32,000 nt of DNA from Erysipelotrichaceae bacterium. GTDB lineage: Bacteria > Bacillota_I > Bacilli_A > Erysipelotrichales > Erysipelotrichaceae. The stretch lies in contig JAUVVC010000002.1 of NCBI GenBank assembly GCA_030604855.1, positions 120,001 through 152,000 of the forward strand. The letters are read 5' to 3'. The stretch's first letter is position 1, and every line of letters begins with the position of its first letter. The notes under the pieces were generated by a model. That model was not told where the DNA came from, ran no database searches, and saw only the letters and a program-made list of their open reading frames with translations. Below are positions 9,448 through 18,003 of the stretch, piece by piece. Made by a program: the position numbers and the translations under genes.

Positions 9448-10164
9448 ATGGGAAGAGCATTTGAAGTAAGAAAAGCGGCGATGATGAAGACATCCGCTGC
9501 GAAGACAAAGGTCTATTCACGTTTTGGCAAGGAAATCTACATCGCGGCGAAAGCCGGTGTGCCGGATCCAGAAATGAACCAAGGCTTGAAACGTATGATT
9601 GAGCGGGCCAAAGCGAATCAAGTTCCGGCAGATGTCATCAAGCGTGCGATAGAAAAGGCGAAGGGTGGAACGGATGAAAGTTACACCAGTGTTCGCTATG
9701 AGGGTTTTGGACCAGGCAACTGTACGATCATCGTGGATTGCTTGACGGATAATGTGAATCGTACGGTCAGTGATGTCCGCAATTGCTTTACGAAAACCAA
9801 ATCAAAGATGGGTGTATCGGGTTCGGTCGCACATCTCTATGATCACATCGGCATCTTGGCTTTTGATTTTAATGATGAAGAAGCGATTTTGGATGCCTTG
9901 ATTGAGCAAGAGGTGGATGTGATTGATTTGGAGTTGGATGGTGAAACCATGAATCTTACCGTCAATCCCAACGATTTGTATAAAGCGAAAACCGCTGTGG
10001 AGACATTGATTCCTGAAGTGGAGTTCAGTGCCCTTGAAACAACAATGCAAGCGCATGAAATGGTCAGTTTGAGTGGTGAGGATGTGGATCTGTTTCAACG
10101 CTTCATGAACATGATCGATGAGTTGGATGATGTTCAAGAAGTCTATCACAATGTAGAGATGTAA
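9448..10164 (+). CDS. yebC: YebC/PmpR-family protein
   Basis: MGRAFEVRKAAMMKTSAAKTKVYSRFGKEI...ANQVPADVIKRAIEKAKG is the canonical YebC N-terminus. AAGAGG RBS. Confidence 0.93.
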   Translation: MGRAFEVRKAAMMKTSAAKTKVYSRFGKEIYIAAKAGVPDPEMNQGLKRMIERAKANQVPADVIKRAIEKAKGGTDESYTSVRYEGFGPGNCTIIVDCLTDNVNRTVSDVRNCFTKTKSKMGVSGSVAHLYDHIGILAFDFNDEEAILDALIEQEVDVIDLELDGETMNLTVNPNDLYKAKTAVETLIPEVEFSALETTMQAHEMVSLSGEDVDLFQRFMNMIDELDDVQEVYHNVEM

Positions 10165-10188
10165 AAAGCACAATCACGTGCTTTTTTT
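10163..10188. terminator. bidirectional intrinsic terminator shared by the convergent yebC and tmcAL genes
   Basis: aaaaagcac-aatcac-gtgcttttt: a stem flanked by an A-run and a T-run. It overlaps the last codons of the minus-strand gene. Confidence 0.7.
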
Positions 10189-11301
10189 GTAAAGGATGGG
10201 ACCTTCGATTTCGCGTTGGATCAATTCTAAACGTTCTTTAGCATCGAGTGCATGCGCGTAGACAAGTGTGGCACGCATTTCAATGCTGCGATAGGAAGGT
10301 GGGACCTGGTTGAAACGGGATGCGATGTGGACATGTTCATCGGCTCTGAAACGTTTCAGATAATCTTGACCTTTTTCATTGAACCCCAACACTCTCAAGC
10401 TGGTGATGGGGGCGAGTCGACTGATTTCACTGCGTTTGGTATGGGTGAGCAGGTGGACCAGCGCTCTTTGGATGCGTGCCCGAGTGTAGCGCTTTGAGAT
10501 GGCGCTTTGCATGAAACTCTCAAAGTCCTGAGCATGCTTGATCTGCTTACTTAAATGATTTTCAAGTCCTTCATCCATAAGAAAGATTTCGCTTAGATTG
10601 TGTTTATCCAAACTGATGAGTTTAGTTTGAATGTAGCTGAAATAATTGTCCCACGCGATGGGTTGAGCATGTTTCAGAGTTTTGGCCATGGGTGTGGTGT
10701 TGGACACATCTTGATGAAGTCGCACTGCTTTACGTATGGCGGTGGCACTGGCGATATCACTTTCGATGGTTTCATCATGGTAGTGATTGGTGCGAGCGAT
10801 CGTATGCGCTTTGATCGTTGTGTTTTGGATGGCTTTGAGATAAGCGATGGCAAGAATGTCATTTGGATAGTAGGATCCATGAACCATGCCATAAGCTTTT
10901 GGATAACCCATGCCTTGGTTGAGATGTTCTTTGAGTCCATCCACGTTGATGGGCAGTTCCGCCATCAATTGAAGACTTTCCAGATCATTACTTTCACTTC
11001 CAAAGACGATATCCGTGCAACCAATCAATTCCAGAATGCGAACCGCTGCGTTGGCGAAGTGTTTGGCACTTTGAACGACATAGGGGTAGGGAAGTTCAAG
11101 AACTAGATCCACACCGTGTTCAAGGGCTGCTTGCGTGCGTTGCCATTTATTGAGAATCGTAGGCTCACCACGCTGGACAAAATGTCCAGACATGACGCAA
11201 ATCAAAAGATCGCACTGTGTTGTTTCACGTGCCTTCTGGATATGGTAGAGATGACCATTGTGGAAAGGGTTGTATTCTGTGATCAGACCGGTTATTTTCA
11301 T
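10174..11301 (-). CDS. tmcAL: tRNA(Met) cytidine acetate ligase (TmcAL / YlbM, DUF795 nucleotidyltransferase)
   Basis: MKITGLITEYNPFHNGHLYHIQKARE...VMSGHFVQRGEP is the characteristic HxGH N-terminus of YlbM/TmcAL. 375 aa. Confidence 0.9.
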   Translation of the reverse strand: MKITGLITEYNPFHNGHLYHIQKARETTQCDLLICVMSGHFVQRGEPTILNKWQRTQAALEHGVDLVLELPYPYVVQSAKHFANAAVRILELIGCTDIVFGSESNDLESLQLMAELPINVDGLKEHLNQGMGYPKAYGMVHGSYYPNDILAIAYLKAIQNTTIKAHTIARTNHYHDETIESDIASATAIRKAVRLHQDVSNTTPMAKTLKHAQPIAWDNYFSYIQTKLISLDKHNLSEIFLMDEGLENHLSKQIKHAQDFESFMQSAISKRYTRARIQRALVHLLTHTKRSEISRLAPITSLRVLGFNEKGQDYLKRFRADEHVHIASRFNQVPPSYRSIEMRATLVYAHALDAKERLELIQREIEGPILYKKST

Positions 11302-11308
11302 CTCAATT

Positions 11309-11317
11309 AATATACCA
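11309..11317 (-). promoter_or_regulatory. extended -10 element (TGGTATATT on the minus strand), 7 nt upstream of the tmcAL ATG
   Basis: The reverse complement of 11299..11317 reads tggtatatt-aattgag-ATG. No SD sequence. Confidence 0.35.
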
Positions 11318-11361
11318 TAAGATGTGTGTAACGGTGTATGATAAATAAAAGAGGTTCCCCC

Positions 11362-12282
11362 ATGATAAAAGACATCCTGTACGTTTCACCGTTCGATCAT
11401 CAGCGCATGAAAGCCTACTTGTATGAAGTTGAAGATGCCAAAGCTTTGATTGTCGTCTTCCATGGCATGGCGGAACATCAAAAACGTTATGCCCATTTAG
11501 CCTTAAGACTCAATCAAGCGGGCTTCAATGTGTTGACCATTGACCATCGCGGACATGGGGAGAGTCTCTATGATGGCACATTGAAGGGGTATTTCGCGGA
11601 TCAAGATGGTTGGCAGAAGAACCTGGAAGATTGTCACACCATCATCAAAGACCATCGTAAGGGTCTACCGCTTATCCTGTTTGGACACAGTATGGGTTCG
11701 CTCTTTGCACGTCTCTATCTCAAGGCTTTTGCGTCGGAGTTGACAGCGGTGTATTTAAGTGGTTCCCCGGACTATGGATTTGTGACGGCAATAGGCTTGT
11801 ATTTTGCTAAGCTGCTTACATTGCTTTTTGGTAAACGACATCCATCACCCTTGTTTACAAAATTGACATTTAGTACTTACAATAAGCAGATTGAGAATCC
11901 ACGTACTTCCATGGATTGGTTGAGTGTCAATCCGGATAATGTGGACGCCTACATCCAGGATCCTCTCTGTGGCTTTGATTTCACCACGCAAGCGTTCATC
12001 GATATGTTGGAAGGCATGGCGGATGTTTATCGTGGAAGGGATTGGAATTGTAATGATCCTGAACTTCCGATTCGATTTGAAAGTGGTGCCATGGATCCTT
12101 GTTTCGAACCAGGTGGTTTGAAAAGAGCGGTTGAACGATTGGAAAGCATTGGATATCGTAATGTCACTTATCGTTTGATCGAGGGCTGTCGTCATGAAAT
12201 TTACAATGAAATCAAACGTGATGCTTTGATTTCTGAATTGATCACTTGGCTGGATGATTGCTTATCGTTGAATAGGCGTTGA
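11362..12282 (+). CDS. alpha/beta hydrolase (lysophospholipase / monoacylglycerol lipase-like)
   Basis: AAAGAGG RBS precedes ATG 11362. HG oxyanion motif (VVFHGMAEH), nucleophile elbow GHSMGS, and a C-terminal CRHE catalytic His region. Track start 11338 lacks an RBS. Confidence 0.85.
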   Translation: MIKDILYVSPFDHQRMKAYLYEVEDAKALIVVFHGMAEHQKRYAHLALRLNQAGFNVLTIDHRGHGESLYDGTLKGYFADQDGWQKNLEDCHTIIKDHRKGLPLILFGHSMGSLFARLYLKAFASELTAVYLSGSPDYGFVTAIGLYFAKLLTLLFGKRHPSPLFTKLTFSTYNKQIENPRTSMDWLSVNPDNVDAYIQDPLCGFDFTTQAFIDMLEGMADVYRGRDWNCNDPELPIRFESGAMDPCFEPGGLKRAVERLESIGYRNVTYRLIEGCRHEIYNEIKRDALISELITWLDDCLSLNRR

Positions 12283-12307
12283 CTTTTAGAAGCTTTATCT
12301 TTATAAT
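12279..12307 (+). promoter_or_regulatory. near-consensus sigma-A promoter TTGACT-17 nt-TATAAT for yceD-rpmF
   Basis: -35 at 12279-12284 (overlapping the hydrolase stop codon), exact 17-nt spacer, -10 at 12302-12307. Confidence 0.75.
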
Positions 12308-12333
12308 AAGTCCGTTGACGAAAAGGTGATTTT

Positions 12334-12858
12334 ATGAAATGGGCGAAACGTGATATTCTTCGAATTCCGATGGAAGGGGAAGAAATCCAAGCAAGCTTAA
12401 GCTTTACGGAAGAAGCGATTCCAGGATATATGAATATCCGTCGAATCGAGTCGGTTGACGTTAAGGCGAAATTGAGCTATGATGCGCATTCGGAAGTCTT
12501 GTTGGTTGATGTGGATGTGAAGGGGAAGATGATTCTCCCATGTTCAATCAGTTTCCAGGATGTTCCCCATTCATTTAAAACGTCGTCACGACTGGCCTTT
12601 AGCTTCACGCAGACGGATGTGGAATCGGATGTGATCCTTGTCGAGGGCGAAGAACTTGATTTCGATCCAGAGATTCTGGCATTGATATGGATGGAGGTCC
12701 CCCCGCGGGTCATCAGTCCAAAGATCAAGCAGTTGCCGCAGGGTGAAGGTTGGGAAGTCGTGAGTGAGGAAGAATTCAGACGTCGCAAAGAAGAGAAGAT
12801 CGATCCAAGATTAGCTAAAATCTTGGAGTACAAAGCACAAGATGATGAGGAGGTGTGA
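12334..12858 (+). CDS. yceD: YceD/YlbN family protein (DUF177, ribosome large-subunit accumulation)
   Basis: Size, acidic C-terminus and position immediately upstream of rpmF match the universally conserved yceD-rpmF pair. AAAGGTGA RBS. Confidence 0.8.
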   Translation: MKWAKRDILRIPMEGEEIQASLSFTEEAIPGYMNIRRIESVDVKAKLSYDAHSEVLLVDVDVKGKMILPCSISFQDVPHSFKTSSRLAFSFTQTDVESDVILVEGEELDFDPEILALIWMEVPPRVISPKIKQLPQGEGWEVVSEEEFRRRKEEKIDPRLAKILEYKAQDDEEV

Positions 12859-12861
12859 TTC

Positions 12862-13023
12862 ATGGCTGTACAACAAAGACGCGTTTCTAAAACGAGAAAA
12901 GCAAAACGTAGAACACATTACAAATTGGCTGCTCCTACTTTAGTTAAATGTCCTTCATGTGGTGAGTTTAAGTTGCCTCATCATGTATGTGAATGTGGAC
13001 ATTACGAAAGTAAGAAAAATTAA
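12862..13023 (+). CDS. rpmF: 50S ribosomal protein L32 (Zn-ribbon form)
   Basis: Absent from the ORF track because it is only 53 aa. GAGGAGG RBS precedes ATG 12862. My translation is [53 protein letters not shown], with stop TAA at 13021-13023. Confidence 0.95.
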   Translation: MAVQQRRVSKTRKAKRRTHYKLAAPTLVKCPSCGEFKLPHHVCECGHYESKKN

Positions 13024-13024
13024 G

Positions 13025-13045
13025 AAAGCGAATTTCGCTTTTTTT
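13025..13045 (+). terminator. intrinsic terminator after rpmF
   Basis: aaagcga-att-tcgcttt hairpin followed by a T-run. Confidence 0.75.
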
Positions 13046-13096
13046 ATTCCAGAAGTGATTGTTTAATCCGATTTCAGTATGAAATCGTTCATTCAG

Positions 13097-13135
13097 GAGA
13101 TTTCCATTAAAATATGGAAATCTCTTTTATTTTTC
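13097..13135 (+). terminator. second, stronger intrinsic terminator-like hairpin
   Basis: Perfect 11-bp stem gagatttccat / atggaaatctc (13097-13107 and 13114-13124), loop taaaat, then ttttattttt. Confidence 0.7.
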
Positions 13136-13154
13136 AAACGATAGGTCTATAATG

Positions 13155-13188
13155 GTGGTAGAAAGTGTTAATTCGTGGGGAAAAGTGG
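13155..13188 (+). promoter_or_regulatory. probable MraZ operator: four GTG[G/T] direct repeats with exact 10-nt phasing
   Basis: GTGG at 13155, GTGT at 13165, GTGG at 13175 and GTGG at 13185 (two in AAAGTG[T/G] context). They lie between a TATAAT at 13148-13153 and the mraZ ATG at 13195. Confidence 0.6.
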
Positions 13189-13194
13189 TGAATT

Positions 13195-13626
13195 ATGTTC
13201 ATTGGGGAATATCGTCACAATACCGATAATAAAGGCCGGATCATCATCCCAGCTCGTTTTCGTGATGATTTGGGTGAACGTGTCGTATTGACACGGGGAT
13301 TGGATGGCTGCATCACGGTCTATACCTTGGCTCAATGGGATAAGGTTCTTGAAGGTTTACGAGTGCTGCCGACTACGAAGAAGGAATCACGGATGTACAT
13401 CCACATGCTTACGGCTAAGGCTGCTGAATGTGAATTTGATGCGCAAGGGCGTGTCTTATTACCTCAGAGTTTGATTCAGGAAGCTGCGATCGAGAAAGAA
13501 TGTGTCGTCATTGGGGTTGTGGATCATGTGGAAATCTGGTCGAGTCTACGATGGGACAACTACTATGCGGATGCGAGTGCTTCCTTTGAAACCATCGCGG
13601 AACAACTAACGGAGTACGTGAAATGA
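13195..13626 (+). CDS. mraZ: division/cell wall cluster transcriptional regulator MraZ
   Basis: MFIGEY.H..DNKGRIIIPARFR and a second DAQGRVLLPQSL repeat (duplicated SpoVT-AbrB/DXXXR motifs). 143 aa. Confidence 0.96.
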   Translation: MFIGEYRHNTDNKGRIIIPARFRDDLGERVVLTRGLDGCITVYTLAQWDKVLEGLRVLPTTKKESRMYIHMLTAKAAECEFDAQGRVLLPQSLIQEAAIEKECVVIGVVDHVEIWSSLRWDNYYADASASFETIAEQLTEYVK

Positions 13627-14546
13627 TGGAACATCGTCCGATCATGCTTCAAGAAGTCATTGAAGCGCTCAATATCAAGACGAATGGAATCTATGTGGAT
13701 GGTACCTTTGGAAGAGGTGGCCACAGCACTGAGGTATTAAGACAGTTGCAAGACGGTCAGTTGATTGCGTTCGATCAGGATGAAGAAGCCATCAAAGCTG
13801 CATACGCATTGCAGAAAATTTATTCTACAAAATTGACCATCTGTCGAGAGAACTTCAGGAATCTCGATAAGACTTTAAATAAGCTGGGTGTTGAAACCGT
13901 GGATGGGATTCTCTTGGACTTAGGAGTCTCATCACCACAGTTTGATGATCCGGAACGGGGTTTCAGTTACCGATACGATGCGCGACTGGATATGCGTATG
14001 GACCAAAGTCAAGACTTGGATGCCTATCATGTGGTCAATCACTATCCATTTGAAAAACTTACTTACATCTTCAGCCATTATGGTGAAGAAAAATTCGCAA
14101 AACAAATTGCCCGCAAAATCGAGCAACAACGATCGATCCATCCGATTGAAACAAGTTTGGCTTTGGTGGATGTGATCAAAAGTGCACTCCCGATGAAGGT
14201 TTTGAGTCAAAAGGGACATCCTGCTAAACAGGTGTTTCAAGCCATTCGCATTGAAGTGAATCAAGAGTTGAAAGCCTTGGAAGAAGTCTTGGATCAAGCA
14301 GCCAAACGTTTGCGTCCAGATGGCCGTTTGGTCATCATTACCTTCCATTCATTAGAAGATCGTATGGTGAAGAAGTTCATGCAGAAACTGTCGACCATCG
14401 ACATGCCGGCTAAACTTCCGATTCAGGGAACCCCTGAAGCAGCCTACGAACATTTGACCCATAAGGTGATCATTCCCTCAGCTGCTGAGTGTGAAATGAA
14501 TCCCCGAGCTCATTCCGCAAAATTGAGAGTACTAAGGAAACGTTAA
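13623..14546 (+). CDS. rsmH: 16S rRNA (cytosine1402-N4)-methyltransferase RsmH
   Basis: HRPIMLQEV, GTFGRGGHS and DLGVSSPQFD motifs. The start overlaps the mraZ stop (ATGATG/TGA). Confidence 0.96.
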   Translation: MMEHRPIMLQEVIEALNIKTNGIYVDGTFGRGGHSTEVLRQLQDGQLIAFDQDEEAIKAAYALQKIYSTKLTICRENFRNLDKTLNKLGVETVDGILLDLGVSSPQFDDPERGFSYRYDARLDMRMDQSQDLDAYHVVNHYPFEKLTYIFSHYGEEKFAKQIARKIEQQRSIHPIETSLALVDVIKSALPMKVLSQKGHPAKQVFQAIRIEVNQELKALEEVLDQAAKRLRPDGRLVIITFHSLEDRMVKKFMQKLSTIDMPAKLPIQGTPEAAYEHLTHKVIIPSAAECEMNPRAHSAKLRVLRKR

Positions 14547-14547
14547 A

Positions 14548-14850
14548 ATGGCAAAGAAAATCATTCGTGTCAAAAGAAGAACGCTGAAAATAGAAGGATT
14601 ATGCTTCCTTATTTTCGGTTTGACTTTGGTGGCATGGATGTTTTCTTCCATCTTCCTAAGAGCGTATAATGTCCAACTCAGTGTCGCCATTCAGAAGACT
14701 CAATCGGAAATCGTTCGATTGAATCAAAGCAATGAAGTTCTGAGTGTGGAAATTCAAAACCTGAGTTCTAAAGATCGCGTCATGGCGATTGCCAAAGAAG
14801 CTGGTTTGAGTGTCATCCAAGAAAACGTAACCATCGTACGCGGTGAATGA
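14548..14850 (+). CDS. ftsL: cell division protein FtsL
   Basis: 100 aa. Basic N-terminus, a single TM segment (LCFLIFGLTLVAWMFSSIFL), then a coiled-coil-like segment. Conserved position between rsmH and the class B PBP. Confidence 0.8.
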   Translation: MAKKIIRVKRRTLKIEGLCFLIFGLTLVAWMFSSIFLRAYNVQLSVAIQKTQSEIVRLNQSNEVLSVEIQNLSSKDRVMAIAKEAGLSVIQENVTIVRGE

Positions 14851-14851
14851 A

Positions 14852-17011
14852 ATGAAAAGAAGTCGTAATCTACTTCTTTTTACAATCGGATTAACGGGCA
14901 TGGTGTGTGCTCTTTTGGCGTTGAATCTGTATTTGGTAAGCATTGCGGGTATTCATATCAATTCTCAAACCAATCTTGTCGAGTATAGCAGCAATGTGAA
15001 CACCGTTAAACAAAGTTTGATTGCGAAACGCGGTTTGATCATCGATCGCAATGGCGAAATCATTGCTCAAGATCGCGAGACTTATACGGTATATGCCATC
15101 GTCAGTTCATCGCGACCTTCCTACAAAAACAAACCGGCCTATGTCGTGGATAAAGAAGCAACCGCAGAAGTCTTGGCTGATTTTTTAAACGCACCTTATG
15201 ATTACATCCTTGAACGACTGGTTTCCGCTTCGTATCAGACGGAATTCGGTTTGTATGGAAGCAGTCTCAGTTTAAGCCAAAAGAATGCGATTGAAGAACT
15301 TGAACTCAGTGGAATCGGCTTCACCAAGACTTTGACGCGTCATTATCCTTTAAATACCTTTGCGGCTTATCTTATCGGTTTCGTCCAAAAGGATGGTCTT
15401 AACGTTAAAGGTGTGATGGGCATCGAAGCATCCTATGATAAAGCTCTGGCCGGTGTGGATGGAACGAAAGTAGCGGTTGTGGATCGCTATGGATACTCCT
15501 TGCCTGGATATCCGGAAGAAATCGTGAATCCACAAGATGGTTACAATCTGAAATTGACACTGGATCGCAGCATTCAGGAACAGTTGGAGTCTTCATTCCT
15601 AATGACCCAAGAGCGTTTCAATGCAAGTGAGGTTTGGGGTGCGGTCATGGAAGTCAAGACCGGTAAGATTTTGGCGGTTGGGCAATTTCCAAGTTTCGAT
15701 CCGAATAAAAAGGACATCACAAACTATCAAACTTATCTGACGCAACAAATCTATGAACCAGGTTCAACCCTCAAAGCTTTCACATATGCGGCGGCGATTG
15801 ATTCTGGTGTTTATCGCGGAAGTGATACCTTCAACAGTGCGACTTTCTTGGTGGGTTTGGATAAGAATGGCAATGCGATTCGATCCAGTAATTCAGGCAA
15901 TGTGATCGGCTCGATACGCAATGCGAACAATCGGGATTGGGGTCAGATCAGCTATGATTTGGGTTTTGCTTATTCTTCGAATGTTGGGATCGCAAGTCTA
16001 TTGACGAAATATCTGGATGATGATGTGTTCATGGAGTATCTGGTTCGTTTTGGATTTAAAAACAAAGTGAATCTGGATGGCATGAACGAGACCATCGGGT
16101 CCATCAATTACACCTGGCCTTTGGATAAACTGACGGTTGGTTATGGCCAAGGGATCTCATTGAACATGGCACAGATTTTACAAGCGTATACCGCGATCTT
16201 CAATGAAGGGCAGTTGGTCAAGCCTTATGTTTTGGATGAGATCGTCAATGCGAAGACGAAAGAAATCATTCAAAAAACGCAGGTTCAAGTCATTGGTCAA
16301 GCCATCCAAGCTGAGACAGCATCCAAGGTACAAGCCTTGATGCACGATGTCGTCTATGGTGAGCGTGGAACGGGCCAGTATTATAAAGTAGATGAGGTGT
16401 CGATCATCGCTAAGACGGGGACGGCACAAATGATCATTGATGGGGAATATTCAAAGGATCAATACATTTATTCCGTAGCGATCGGCTTACCTGCGGATAA
16501 GCCTGAAGTCATGGTTTACTATGCCTTCAAAGCACCTGTGAACAACATGGCTCATGTGGATACGACTGCGATCAAACAGTTGTTGCGTCAGATTGCCTTG
16601 GTCAATGATTATCGTGAAGCGGTTGAAACTACGCTTACGCAGGAGAAAAAAATTACTTTGACTTTGGTACCCTTTAAGAATTACATCAACCACAGTTTGG
16701 ATTATGTATATCAGGATCTTCCAAACATGTTGGATCGAATCATTGTCTTGGGCACAGGGGATCGCGTCATCGATCAGTATCCCAAGGATGTGGAACACAT
16801 CATGAGCACTCAGACCATCTATCTTTTGACATCTTATGAACAGATCGTACTTCCGGACTTATTGGGTAAGAGTAAGAAAGATATTCAAGCCTTTGTGAAT
16901 CTCAGTGGTTTGAGCGTTCTCTATTCAGGAGAAGGTAATGCGACCTCGATGAACATCGAAGTCGGTACAGAAATCAATTCGTCCATGACACTTGAAGTGG
17001 TTTTTGAATAA
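14852..17011 (+). CDS. pbpB: class B penicillin-binding protein (PBP2B/FtsI-type transpeptidase) with a C-terminal PASTA domain
   Basis: N-terminal TM anchor. SxxK (GSTLK), SxN (SSN) and KTG (KTGTAQ) active-site motifs. The C-terminal LPDLLGKSKKDIQAFVNLSGL... is PASTA-like. ATG 14852 is preferred to the track's GTG 14843, and either is possible. Confidence 0.93.
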   Translation: MKRSRNLLLFTIGLTGMVCALLALNLYLVSIAGIHINSQTNLVEYSSNVNTVKQSLIAKRGLIIDRNGEIIAQDRETYTVYAIVSSSRPSYKNKPAYVVDKEATAEVLADFLNAPYDYILERLVSASYQTEFGLYGSSLSLSQKNAIEELELSGIGFTKTLTRHYPLNTFAAYLIGFVQKDGLNVKGVMGIEASYDKALAGVDGTKVAVVDRYGYSLPGYPEEIVNPQDGYNLKLTLDRSIQEQLESSFLMTQERFNASEVWGAVMEVKTGKILAVGQFPSFDPNKKDITNYQTYLTQQIYEPGSTLKAFTYAAAIDSGVYRGSDTFNSATFLVGLDKNGNAIRSSNSGNVIGSIRNANNRDWGQISYDLGFAYSSNVGIASLLTKYLDDDVFMEYLVRFGFKNKVNLDGMNETIGSINYTWPLDKLTVGYGQGISLNMAQILQAYTAIFNEGQLVKPYVLDEIVNAKTKEIIQKTQVQVIGQAIQAETASKVQALMHDVVYGERGTGQYYKVDEVSIIAKTGTAQMIIDGEYSKDQYIYSVAIGLPADKPEVMVYYAFKAPVNNMAHVDTTAIKQLLRQIALVNDYREAVETTLTQEKKITLTLVPFKNYINHSLDYVYQDLPNMLDRIIVLGTGDRVIDQYPKDVEHIMSTQTIYLLTSYEQIVLPDLLGKSKKDIQAFVNLSGLSVLYSGEGNATSMNIEVGTEINSSMTLEVVFE

Positions 17012-17013
17012 TG

Positions 17014-17022
17014 TGCTATAAT
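17014..17022 (+). promoter_or_regulatory. extended -10 element TGCTATAAT (internal dcw promoter upstream of mraY)
   Basis: It lies directly after the PBP stop codon and is followed by AGAGG RBS and ATG 17044. Confidence 0.45.
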
Positions 17023-17043
17023 GTTTGTCGTCAGAGGTAAAGT

Positions 17044-18003
17044 ATGTTAAATGTACTCGTCGCGGGCTTGAGTTTCGTCCTAAGTTTCATCTTGTACCCG
17101 CTTTTCATCAAGATTCTAAATCAAGGTCAACACCAACAGATTGTCAGTGAATATTCATTAGACAGTTTCAAAGCAAAAGCAAAAACACCTAGTTTGGGTG
17201 GAGTTTTATTTGTGTTGGTTCCACTGATGGTGTTCATGGCTGTCTTTCCAAGTGCTTTGTTTAAGGCGGAGGTCGTATTGTTGTTGCTGGTCTACCTTGC
17301 TTATGGAATGATTGGTTTTTGGGATGATTATAAAATCATTTTGGAAAAAAACAATAAAGGGATATCCGCACGTCTGAAGTTCATTCTGCAATTGATCCTT
17401 GCGGTAGTATTCTACTTCTTTTTCCGTCAATATCTATCATCAAGCATCACGATCTATGGCTTGAACTGGACCTTTGATCTCGGTGTTCTTTACTTTGTCT
17501 TCGTGCTGTTTTTGTTCACAGGATCCAGCAATGCGGTGAATCTGACCGATGGCATGGATGGTTTGGCTGGGGGTACGAGTTTAATCGCGTTGTTTCCATT
17601 TGCCGTGTTTGCATTTCGTCAAGGTAACAATGAGATTTTCGCATTTGTTTTGGCTTTGATGGGTTCGCTTGTGGCGTATCTTTGGTACAACAGACATCCG
17701 GCTAAGATTTTTATGGGTGACACGGGTTCACTGGCTTTAGGTGCGATATTAGCAGCTTTGGCTCTGGTGCTTAAGCAGGAATTCAGTTTCATCTTCATCG
17801 CAGGTGTGTTCATTTTTGAGACGCTTTGTGTCATGATTCAAATTGGCTCTGTCAAACTCTTTAAGCGGCGCGTTTTCAGATATACACCGATTCACTATAG
17901 TTTTACTTTATCGGGTTGGAAAGAGCGCCATGTGGTACGATTCTTTTGGGCAATGGGCGTTGTGTTCATGCTTATTGGTCTATTTTTGGGGGTGTTGAAA
18001 TGA
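17044..18003 (+). CDS. mraY: phospho-N-acetylmuramoyl-pentapeptide transferase
   Basis: Polytopic membrane protein with the NAVNLTDGMDGLA and FMGDTGSLALG motifs. Confidence 0.96.
   Translation: MLNVLVAGLSFVLSFILYPLFIKILNQGQHQQIVSEYSLDSFKAKAKTPSLGGVLFVLVPLMVFMAVFPSALFKAEVVLLLLVYLAYGMIGFWDDYKIILEKNNKGISARLKFILQLILAVVFYFFFRQYLSSSITIYGLNWTFDLGVLYFVFVLFLFTGSSNAVNLTDGMDGLAGGTSLIALFPFAVFAFRQGNNEIFAFVLALMGSLVAYLWYNRHPAKIFMGDTGSLALGAILAALALVLKQEFSFIFIAGVFIFETLCVMIQIGSVKLFKRRVFRYTPIHYSFTLSGWKERHVVRFFWAMGVVFMLIGLFLGVLK

Noticed and set aside
10600-11106. 168-aa + strand ORF antisense to tmcAL. The same applies to 28393..28863 (-) in aspS, 13932..14348 (-) in rsmH, 12477..12863 (-) in yceD, and 9802..10173 (-) in yebC.
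   Set aside because: Same reasoning: each is fully nested antisense to a conserved housekeeping CDS, with no start signals and a composition typical of shadow ORFs.
13080-13145. 21-codon mini-ORF (MKSFIQEISIKIWKSLLFFKR) between the two terminators upstream of mraZ
   Set aside because: It has no RBS, and its sequence is largely dictated by the 11-bp terminator stem and T-run. There is no evidence that it is translated.
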